This document shows positions 36,501 to 46,477 of a stretch of 64,000 bases of DNA, one piece after another; position 1 is the first letter of the stretch; each line of letters opens with the position of its first letter. Origin of the DNA: Phaeosaccion multiseriatum (lineage: Eukaryota; Protista; Ochrophyta, other classes). The position numbers were made by a program, and so were the translations under genes. The notes below the pieces were generated by a model. It was not told the origin of the DNA and made no database searches. It saw only the letters and a program-made list of their open reading frames with translations. The stretch spans positions 1 through 64,000 of the forward strand of contig OZ218951.1 in NCBI GenBank assembly GCA_965112735.1, in the 5' to 3' direction.

Positions 36501-39500
36501 TCCCCCCTCACCCTCTCCCTCCCCTCCTTCCTTCCTCCCTACTCCCCCTCCAACGCACACTCACGCACTCACCAGTCTGGCGAGAGAAACCCTCCTGAGG
36601 AAAGGAGCTTGAAGGGCGCCTCGCTGAGAAGCAGGTTCACTCCACCGACCACAGCTGCGTCACACTTGCCCAATCGAAGGCTGCTGCAGGCGTTGTCCAG
36701 GGCGACCAAGGAAGAGGAGCACGCCGTGTCTACTGTTGAGCTCGGCCCCTTCAACCCCAGCGCGTAGGAAACTCGGTTGGCCAAATTCGACATGGAGGCT
36801 CCTGACGCCGCGTACACGCCCTCGCTCGCCTCGCCAGCTCCTTGGCTTGCTTTGGCCTGCAGCCAATCGCTTCCAGCGCAGCCGATGAAGACCCCTGTCT
36901 CGCTCTTGCGGAGACTGCGCTTGTCATAGCCTGCCCTGTGCAGCGCCTCGAAGGCCACCTCCAGCAGCACGCGCTGGTTGGGGTCCATGCTTTCCGCTTC
37001 CGCTGACGAAATGCCGAAGAAGGTGTTGTCGAAGAAGTGGACGCCCTCTATGAAGCCTCCTCGCCACTCCTTAGAGCCGCTTCCCCACCTGTCTGCTGGA
37101 GCTGTAGAGATGCAGTCAGATCCCGTGCAAAGCATGCTCCAGAAACCTTGGGGCGAAGTCACTCCTCCTGGAAAGCGGCACGCCATGCCCACCACCGCCA
37201 GCGGAGCTCGCACGCCTTGAGGCGAAGCCGAGGTGGGGCGCAAACCTCGCATTGGGTCTGTGGCAGCCCTCCCCATTACCTCGCCATCAAGCCAGCCCAC
37301 CAGCTCCGCCACGCTGGGGTACTCAAACAGCACATCGGCGGTGGCTGTAACCCCCAAGTCAGTTTGAAGGCGATTCCGCACCTCTACGAGTGCCATCGAA
37401 TCCAGGCCTGCCTCCATCAAGGGCACATTGTCGTCCAGCGGGGGCATGTCTGCATCAACACACTTCAGCACGGTCGCCTTGAGCGCTTCCAGGAGAGCAA
37501 CGCGTCGATCCTCTGGGGAGACAGCAGAGAGAGTCTCGCGCAGCTGTGAGAGGGCGTCTCCAGCTGGGGGCGGAGCAGACGCAGCACCCTCGTAATCATG
37601 TGGTGGTATTGCCCTCTTCGGGAGGGGAAACTCTCGCGACGAGGGGAACCCCTGCCAAGGGGTGCCCACTCTCTCTGCTGCGCCTTTGGGCCTCATGCCG
37701 CCATAGCTGCCCAAGATGACGTGGGCGTTGAAGCCGCCAACACCGTAGGAATTCACCCCTGCGAGCAGCGTCGAGCCGTCGGAGCAGTAGGAGGAGAGGG
37801 GCGTCCTTCGGGTGGGCAGCGTGACGGGCACGCCCTCCAGCTTCAGGTTGGGGTTGACCTCCTTCAGGTGTAGGTTGGCTGGGGCCTCTCGGTGTTGTAC
37901 TACCAAGATGGCCTTGATGAGCTGAGCCATCCCTGATGCCCCTTCCATGTGGCCTAGAGTAGTCTTGACAGTGCCCACTACAAGAGGGGAGGTATCAGGT
38001 CTGTTGGCGGTGAACGCTGCCTTGAGAGCGCCTAAGGAGTATCACGTGACGTGCGTGCGTGCGTGCGTGCGTGGGTGCGTGTGTGCGTGCGTGCGTGCGT
38101 GCGTGAGGGAGGGAGGGAGGGAGAGAGGGAGGGAGGGAGGGAGGGAGGGAGGGAGGGAGAGGGAGGAAGGAAAAGATCGAAGGAGGGAGGGAGGGAGGGA
38201 GGGAGGGAGGGAGGGAGGGAGGGAGGGAGGGAGGGAGGGAGGGAGGGAGGGAGGGAGGGAGGGAGGGAGGGAGGGAGGGAGGGAGGGAGGGAGGGAGGGA
38301 GGGAGGGAGGGAGGGAGGGAGGGAGGGAGGGAGGGAGGGAGGGAGGGAGGGAGGGAGGGAGGGAGGGAGGGAGGGAGTGAGGTATGTAGAGAAGGAGAGG
38401 GAGGAAGGAAAGGGTGGAAGGAGGGAGGAGGGAGGGAGAGACGAGGGGAGGGCACGAATAAGCTTTGTTTACTATGTCTCATCACAGCATCATTTTTCTA
38501 GTTGAGACGTAAGAGAGACATCACAATGATGGTCCAACACGAATGCCCCTCTTTGAACCCCCTTTGCCTCCTTCAACGTACCCAGCTCGATGGTGTCGCC
38601 CATGACCGTTCCCGTGGCGTGAGCCTCCACGTAGCCCACTTCTCTCCCCTCGCACCCTGCCTGCCGCAGGGCGCTCCTCGCCAAGCTCTCTTGGGCGGCT
38701 CCCTTGGGGGCAGACAGAGAACTGCTGACGCCATTGTGGCTGACAGCCGCTGCCTTGATGACGGCAAGGATGTTGTCTCCGTCCTTGATGGCGTCCGGCA
38801 GGGACTTCAGCACGACGGCCCCACTGCCCTCACTGCGCACGTAGCCGTCCCCGGCCGCGTCAAAGGACTTGCAGTACCTGAAGCAGGAGACGGGGCACAG
38901 GAAGCAGAGGGGGGGGGTGGGGGGGATCAGTGTCCAAGCAAGGGACCAGAGAGAAGAAAAAGGGCGCTATGGAAGGAAGAAAATATATGCAGCAAGAGCT
39001 TCAGGAATACACTCACCCTTCCTTCGACAGAAGTCCCGCACTGGCTAGGCCGCCAAAGCCTTGGTCATGGAGCAGCAGGTTGACCCCGCCAACGACGGCA
39101 GAGCTGCACTGCCTCAGTTTCAGACTGTTGTACGCGTTGCTGAGGGCCACTAGGGCCGACGAACACGCTGCGTCTATGCTTTCGCATGGACCTACAAGGC
39201 CGAGTGTTTGCGAAATGCGGCCAGCGAAACATGCTCTGCTTGCCCCTGCCAACGTGTAGGCGCTGAGAGAAACGCCATCCGCGCTCTCACGCAGCAAAGC
39301 GGGCCAGTCACTCCCTGCAGCGCCCACAAACACGCCAACTCGGTGACCTTCAAGCCTGCGTCGGCCCTCGTAGCCGGCTCTGTGCAGAGCCTCGTACGCC
39401 ACTTCGAGCATGATGCGCTGGTTGGGATCTTGGGTCTCCGCCTCGGCGGTGGACATGCCGAAGAATGCATTGTCGAACACTTCAACACCGTCGATGAAGC

Positions 39501-42500
39501 CACCTGATCGCATGACGGGGAGAGGAGGAGCGTCCTAAATGGGGTGAGTGGGGCACAGAGACGGGCAAAGAAGCGCCCAGCAAGGCTTCCATGCCCTCTA
39601 AGACTAACATTTGCAAGCCTCGTGGACACAGGGTAGAAACGCACCTCTCACTCCTGTTCCCAAGCCTCGCTCAAGGGGTGCATCGGTGACGCAGTCCTCT
39701 TCATTGCACAGCTTCGCCCAGAGCTCTTCCGGGCTGTTGCAGCCACCGGGGAACCGACAGGCCATCCCAATCACTGCAATATCACCGCTGCTACCGTCAG
39801 AAGAAGGGGCCCCAGGAATAGAGGGAGGCAGTCCGTCAACGGAAGCGTCGTCCTCCTCTCCTTCTCCGAACAGGACCGTCTCCAGGTGAGCTGCGAGTAG
39901 AGCAGGTGTCGGATAGTCAAAGAAGGCGTCGGCCCCAATCTCAGAATCCTTGTCGCTCCCGTCTTCAGTCTTCTCGCAGCCCAGAAAGTCCTCCAGCATC
40001 ACCGCCAGCTCGGCCATCATCACCGAGGTCATGCCCACCTCCATGAAGCGGTCGTCGGCGGTCAAATCTCCGTTATGCGTCATCTCTACGGCAAACTCGA
40101 GGAGCTGCTCCAAGATGATGGCCACCCTTGCCTCCCTATCGAGGCCCTCCATAGCACGCATGGCCAGACCGCCTTCTCCTCCTCCTTTCCCCTCCGGGAC
40201 ACCGCCTTCGACGAAGCAAGCCCTTTCCTCGGGAGCTGAGCACACGCTGGCAAGGTTCACAGGAGGAGAGTCCTGTCGGTTTAGGTTGGGGGAGAAAAGG
40301 GCATGACAAGTGGGGTGAGACTCGACGCAGAACCCTCAGCAGACGATTCCCTCACACAACGGCACGGATGAAAAGGGCTGTGAAGGGCAAGTACCAAAGC
40401 ACACAGGTTGAAGGGGGCAAAGGAAGGGAGAGATGGGCAAGAGGCCTCCACTCCCTTTCGCTCGCACCTGTGACATCGCAGTGCGGTTATCGATATCGAT
40501 GATCTCGTGCACCATGTGCAGCTCGCCAGCGTGAAGCGCCTGTCTCGTCGCCCGCCGTCGGATCTTGCCGCTCGTGGTTTTGGGGATGGTCTTCTGCTTG
40601 ATGGCCACAACCTTCGCCGCTCTGAGACCCAAGGAGGACGACAAGGCGGCTTGAGCAGCCTCCACCACTGCCTGGGCCTCGCCCTCTCGCCCTTGGCGGA
40701 TCTCGAACACCACCTCCAGCACACCGTCCCCTCCCGTCTCGTCGGAGGAGAAGGCCGCAATGCAGCCCTGCCGAATAGCGTCAGACGCTTCTTGCACGGC
40801 GAACTCGATGTCCTGCGGGTAGTGGTTGACCCCGTTGAAGATGATGAGGTCCTTGATGCGGCCGCAGATGTACAGCAGCCCCTCCTCCACAAAGCCCACG
40901 TCGCCCGTCCGCAGGTACTTGCAATTTGAGGAGAGGTCACTGCCATCGCTCCCCCCCGTTCCTTTGGGGAGTGCGAGTGCTGCGCCAAACGTCTCCTTCG
41001 ACAGCTCGGGCTTGCCCCAGTACCCGGCGGTGATACAGGGAGAGGAGACCCAAATCTCTCCCGTGGCTGCTGCTTCGCTGACCTCGGCCATGGTGTCGGG
41101 ATTGACAATTCGAATGTCCATAAAGTCTGCCCTCTCGCTCGGGGCGCCGACGCTGGTGAGGTCGGGGCGAGAAGGCGATCGATCGAGGACAGTGCTCCAG
41201 GAGACTGGGGAAAGTGTGCATTGTGGTGGGGAAGACGAGAGGACGAGTGCTTGAGCCTTTGGACCGATTCTTACACTGAGAGCGAATTAACTGCACCACC
41301 CCCTGTCCCTTCGCCTCGACCCGCCCCCCCTTCTGTGCAGACTTCTTACCTGACACTACGTGTTCAGCGAGCCCGTACGCAGCCGAGAACCACCTGTCGA
41401 CTCAGTGCACAAACCACAGAGAGACACAGCCATACACGGGAGAGGTATAAGGTTAGAGACGTCTCAGTGGCCAAGAAAGGGGGGGGGGGGGGCAGGGAGG
41501 ATGTCGTGACAAGTCTCTCGAGCTCAAGCGCAGTCATAGCTCTCCTACCACACACTCACTCACCCCTGCCGGAGGCCGAAAGGCAGGAAGGCCCCTTCGA
41601 ACCTCTCCACCGTCTCGGCCCGGATTGGCTCGGCTCCTGACGTCAGCGTGACCACGAGGGACAGATCCAGCTTGGGCTCTTTGCGAGTGCCGCGCACCTT
41701 GGCCATGTAGCGGGCGCAGAGGGCGTAGGCGAAGTCGGGGGCGACGGACCACTCCACGCGGTGCCGAGAGACGAGCTCCAGCCAGAGCAGGGGCCGCTTG
41801 ATGAAGCTCACGGGGGACATGTAATGCATAGTCATGCCCGTCAGGAAGGGGGTGAGGAGGCCGAGCACGAGACCCATGTCCTGAGAAGCACAGAAAGAGA
41901 AGGCAGGGCAGTGAGTGGGGCGCGAATGAGCAACAGCAAAAGGCAAGACGGAGGCGCAATGGAGAGTAGAGGGGTGTCCGGCCGCACATCGTTTCTACCC
42001 TTCCTCACGCTTGCTTGGCGCTTCGTTCCTGGCCGTCCGTTTCCACGTTTCTCCTCCCTTCATCTGTCCTGCCTCTACTTCCTCCCTCTCGCTCGCTCAC
42101 CTTCCCCCTATACACAAGTCAACTCACATGATACTGGGGCAACCACGAGAAGCCCGTTGTTGGCACATTATGGATCCGCTCACTTGGTGCAGCCCTCTGG
42201 GTAGGACCGCTGCTGCTCACTTCAGGCTGGTCTGATGAGGAGTGCGAGGGCCACAAGCGGCACATCCCCGTGGCGGGGTGGCAGCCGATGAGGTACACAT
42301 TGGCCATGAGCGCACCGAAGGTCACCATGACGCCCTTGGGGTCTCCGGTGGAGCCGCTGGTGTACTGCAAGAAGGCCAGGTCCTCTTCGGCCACGCTCAC
42401 CTCATCGAAACTCCTTGCTGACGAGGAGGACAATGAGGATGAAAAGAAGCTCTGAAACAGCCCCCCATTTGTAACCTTAAAGTCGAGGTCATCAGGCCAC

Positions 42501-43586
42501 AGCTTGCGGGAGTCCGAGAGTGGATTGACCTTGTCCATATTGCGCACAGCTGCGATGATGGAGTCGGTGAGGCACAGCACGGGCTTGCAGTCCTCCACGA
42601 TCTTGCTCATCTTTGGCAGAGACGTGGACAGGGGAGGAGCAGGCGGGTACACCATCACCGCCACCACGCCCGCTCTGAAGCAGCCCAGAAAGGCGGCGAA
42701 GAAATGCAGGCCCGGCCCGTAGCACAGCACCACCATGCTGCCCTTGGGCACGCCCCACTCCTCGCGCAGCATGTAGGCAATCTTGCCCGCCTGGTAACAA
42801 GAAAAAGGAAGTCAAGAGACTTGTCCGGTGGGTACTGGTGGGCGGGTGCAAGAAATATTTGACCCCTTTACACGATGGGCATCACCAGCCACAAGCAACC
42901 AAGGCTACGTCCGGCCGTAGCTAGTATGGAAGGGGCACAAAGAAGTCGTGAATTCTTTGTCTTCTCCTCCTTCTCGTCCCTCTTACCTCATCCCACATGG
43001 TCTTGAAGGTGTGCGTCTCCGCTTGCTTTCCCTTACCATCGTACCAGAAGGCGAAGGGCTTGGCGCCAAGCTCAGTCACAACCTGCCGCGCCCTTGCCAG
43101 CAGCAAAGGAGCGAGAGAGTGAGGAGGGGATGAACCTGTTCCCGCGGCCACCACTTTTGTTGCTTGTTGTTCTCGCAGCAGACATGCGTCCATTCTGCTG
43201 ATTCTGGGCAGCGCCTTCATCTCCTCCTCTCCCTCTTCGTCAGTGATACTGCTGTCGCCCCGCCGATGGCGGCCGCCCTTCTCGTCGCTCCTCTTCTTTC
43301 CGCTCCCGCCGCCACTGCCACCAGTGCCCATGCTGGCGCTAGTGCCAGCAGCTGGTGCCAGCAGTGGAACGGCGTGGGCGGGGAAGAGGAAAGCAGGCGC
43401 CGTCTGCTCCGCCTGGCTCTTCTTCAAACTGGTACTAGTGCCCGAGCCACCACCACCACCAACATTACCGTCGTCAGCTGGGCTGCCGCTGCTTGAAGAG
43501 GCTTCCTCCCCAGCACCATCAGGCCTCGTCCCTGCTCCCCCTCTTTGCCAAGGAGGAAACAGGCCTTCCATCTCCTTCTTCCTCAT
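17326..43586 (-). CDS. Giant modular type I PKS, ~7,918 aa, 13 exons: FAAL-ACP-KS-ACP-KS-AT-DH-ER-KR-ACP-KS-AT-DH-ER-KR-ACP-KS-AT-ACP-[Pls-like membrane domain]-thioester reductase
   Basis: Hand-spliced GT-AG exons: 43586-42987, 42790-42128, 41880-41564, 41393-41350, 41204-40468, 40272-39645, 39503-39017, 38877-38582, 38031-36573, 36280-30167, 30004-23879, 23720-18053, 17943-17326. Sum is 23,757 nt and all phases are compatible. Splicing restores split motifs (SWLPQYH|DMGL, SPDW|RCKTFD, GYYQSK|WVAEK). Start codon is uncertain. Confidence 0.9.
18785..21265 (-). other. Pls-like / TIGR02353-like membrane domain: hydrophobic helix pairs alternating with hexapeptide (LbH-like) segments
   Basis: Three WLRxLGAx(I/V) units (WWLRALGAKIG, LWLRSLGARV, LWLRAMGAEVG); KWVVIGRYRMGSYP and LKWGVVGRARAGCY; FDLVHLG twice; unit ends WGGSPA and LEGVPA; several ~20-aa hydrophobic stretches. 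Confidence 0.75.
21460..24500 (-). other. PKS module 4: KS-AT-(KR C-terminal remnant)-ACP (non-reducing)
   Basis: KS and AT motifs are intact; RRSFPWY is followed almost at once by VQKQLELAGVGTVSAELG; ACP LMDAGVDSLALVE. Confidence 0.9.
24590..30790 (-). other. PKS module 3: KS-AT-DH-ER-KR-ACP (fully reducing)
   Basis: Same motif set as module 2 (EVHGTGT, GHSLG, HAFHS, DHAVNNVVIIPG, LIHAASGGVG, GGLGALG/LDD/YAAAN, GLDSL). Confidence 0.93.
30880..37205 (-). other. PKS module 2: KS-AT-DH-ER-KR-ACP (fully reducing)
   Basis: DTACSSS, EAHGTGT, NIGHLEG; AT GHSLG and HAFHS (malonyl type); DH LKDHAVNNVVIIPG and HPAVLD; ER LIHAAAGGVG; KR GGLGALG, VLDD, QANYAAAN; ACP GLDSL. Confidence 0.93.
37290..40120 (-). 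other. PKS loading ACP plus module 1 (KS-ACP; no AT, no reductive domains)
   Basis: ACP FMEVGMTSVMMAEL; KS IAVIGMACRFPGG, IDAACSS, EAHATGT, LGHMEGASG, VNSYGVGG; short linker; ACP LMEAGLDSMALVE. No GHSxG AT motif between KS and ACP. Confidence 0.85.
38050..38377. repeat. (GCGT)n and (GAGG)n microsatellites in PKS intron 8
   Basis: Direct reading; inside intron 38581-38032; gives spurious GGRE/PPSL ORFs. Confidence 0.95.
40520..43130 (-). other. PKS domain: fatty acyl-AMP ligase (FAAL) loading domain
   Basis: LAFLQYTSGSTGDPKGV, SWLPQYHDMGL, YGLAEHVV (44-nt micro-exon 41393-41350), GEIWVSSP, YLRTGDVGF, GRIKDLIIFNGVNHYPQDIE, IPKTTSGKIRR. Confidence 0.92.
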
Positions 43587-46477
43587 TCTTGCTCTACAGC
43601 TCTCTCCTCTCCCCTCCTTTTTTTGATTGTTGTCTCTACAGCTCTCTCCAACAACAAATAGATACCCCCCCCCCGCCAGCGCGTGTCCCACTGTCCCGCC
43701 CCCTTAGCAAATAAAGGTGAAAGAGAAACCGAAATCTTTGTCAGGAGGCGGCTCCTAAATTGGACGTTACAAATTACGTGTTCCCCAATGTTCCCCCCCA
43801 CCCGGAGTGAAAAATTTGACCGGCCGCCCGTCCCGCGTAAACCATAGTTTTTCAATCAAGCACAAAAACAAAACCGTCAACCCTTTTTTTACTAGAGGCC
43901 CTGGCTGCTATGATGCACGGATGGCGGGGGGGGCACGCATGGGTGTGCTTGGGGGGGCGCACAAGAACAGATTGCTTGTCGAAAAGCGCCCTATTGAAAA
44001 ATTAAATTATAGCAGCAGGGGGCGGGGCGGGGGCGGGGGGCGGGGGGGGTTGCGCTCTGCATTCTCGCTCTGCCTTGCCTTGGTCCATCCTCACGCACCG
44101 ACGCCGACTTGACTACTGCCCCCGATAGATGGTACTGCCTCAACCCCTCAATGCCATCACCTGCACTCGCTCCATGCATGGATATCTTGGGCGATGCCAT
44201 CTTGCTTGTGACCCGGGATCCCGGCCGAGGATTGTGGAGGGTGCTTGTGAGATCGTGAAGCTTGAAGTGCTGCCCCTGTAGCACCAGCCATGGCCACCGC
44301 GGGACACACCTCTCCCTCCTGGCTGTTGCTGCTGCTGGGACAGCAGGGAGAGGTCCCAGCCACACCAAGCAAGCAAGGCGGGCATTGCGAGACATCCGCC
44401 GCCCTCCTGCCTCTTCGCTCGGGCTGCTCCGTGACTGAGCAGTAAAATCAAGGTGATGGTAGTAGCTAATCAAGGAGGCGAAACGCTCAATGTCACGCAG
44501 CATGCATGGGCTCATGACGACGATACGCCGTCACTCATCAGTCGTTGTCCTATTGTCCACAAGCAAGGTACTCCGCCAGGGTATGATTGCTGCTCTTGAA
44601 TGAGAAGCTCTTGCCGTTCACCACCCCACCGGCCCATAGAAGGCACAGTTCAACAACCCTCCCGGCTCGAAATCAGATCCAGATTCCGAAAGGGGGCAGG
44701 CTTTTCATACGGGTGTGGTTTGGGCCTCCAAAAGGGGGGGGGGGGGACTGGATGACACAGGCGCGATTTTTGCGCTGTTTTTGCCACAAATTAGAAGGGG
44801 CTCATAGGCGTCGACGCCGGCGACAGCCAGCGTCGTTGAGTTTCGTCTCTTCGTTATCTAATGCCCCTTTATCCTCCCTGCCTCTGCCTGCCCTTCCTCT
44901 TCCTCCCTGCGGCCTTCTCCCGCCGACTCTCGTCTACCGCTTTCTCTTCGTCCGTCAGCCCTGCCTCTTTCTGCTCCCTCTTATACTTGTTCCTGCTGCC
45001 TCTTCTCCTTGGCCTTCTGAAGCTTCCGTCGCTTGCGCTGGTCCGCGCTGATCAGGGGAGCTTCCATCCCTGCGCTTGGTGTCTGCTGCTGTGTAGCTCC
45101 TGCTGCGCTGCTTCCCTGAGCTGCCACCCCTGCGGTTGACGAAGGTCCCTACTCACTCATCCGTGTCTCCGGCTCTTGTGCTGCTCTCTGCTGCCGATGC
45201 CGCCGACAAGGGCCTGCAGCCAGCACCCCCCAGGGGAGTACTGGCTCTGAGAAGCTCCACAGCAACGTAATGAGAGCCCCCCGCTCCCCTTGCCCCTGCA
45301 TGGGCCATGGGCACACCAACGAGAGCAGGGCCGACAGGAGCGGCCTCACGACTTGACATGACGCCGGATAGCGACGCCGACGTTGCTGCCCCCTGAGGAA
45401 GTCTCTCCACAAGCAAGCAAGCAGCCTCCTTCGCCACGAGCTTCTCTGAAAGAGTACCCACAGCCGACGGACTCGAAAGAGGCCCTGCTGATACTAGGCT
45501 TCTCTGCCCGAGTTGTGGTCTGCTCGTGCTGATGCTACCAAAGCAACGTCCCGTCTAGTCATCCTGTTGGCTCCACGCAGAGTACCCCTTCAAACCCTGT
45601 GGGTTCGCCAGCCTGTGTCCGGCTCCTCGACGCCTCTTCAGGCCTCGTCTCCTGCTACCCTTTCCTCTCTGCTGGCTGTTGTTACTCCTCTGATGCCTTC
45701 TCATTTTGCCTCTGAAGCGCTAAAAGGGAGGATGAAAAGGAGGGGGTGTTTTCAGGCCCCCTACTCAATCCTTCGACTCTATCCTGGCCACAGTGTTGAA
45801 GTACTTCAGTGCGCTTTCAAAGCAAAAAAGCAGCTGCAAAAAAGGATGATCAAAAAAGGGAGAAACCGAGTGAACCCGTCGCCTTCGGACAACCACGCAC
45901 GAGCACATATACGATCTTACGGCTTTGTTCACCGCTTCGTTCGGCACACACTGTGAAGCTCTCACCTCGTGACGAGCTCCTTGTCCAGCGAGGAGAGGAG
46001 CGCCCCTGTGAGGGGATTAAGCCACAGGGGCAGCACGTAACCGACGCTGCGGGGGAATGGACGAAAAGGGGAAAGAAACGTGAGTACTCAAGATAAAGGG
46101 GGGAAGGGGAGGGGAAGAGGACAGAATGCGTCGATAGCGTTGCCAAGCCCCAGCGGGACCAGCACGATCAGCGGAAACCAGGGGGCTGAGCCGTCCACAC
46201 ACGGCTCCACGGTCAAGCTCCTGCTCCGGGAAAGCGGGACGATTTTGGCTTCAGCAGTGCTGCTCACCTCCTTTTCCGGCTCGGTGCTGCCGTAATTTGC
46301 GCTCTGTTCCCTTGCCTGTTCCCCAACCTAGTATAGCCCCTCCCACCCTCTCTGTGTCTGTGCCCCTCCCTCCTGTTAGTGTCTGTGATTTACGATTCAA
46401 AGCCACAGGAGCGCCTCCTGAGCCGACACCAGCAGCTGAGTCAGAAGTCTGGGCATAAGGGGGAGCAGTAGACTGCA

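Noticed and set aside
17750-37978. Four separate PKS genes, as in the ORF track
   Set aside because: Each ORF break falls mid-KS at canonical GT-AG introns with matching phase; splicing restores the conserved motif.
37947-38501. GGRE/PPSL repeat ORFs
   Set aside because: Translations of an intronic (GAGG)n microsatellite.
43990-46300. Short ORFs between the PKS and the next gene
   Set aside because: No recognisable motifs and no consistent splice model found; a gene here cannot be excluded but is unsupported.
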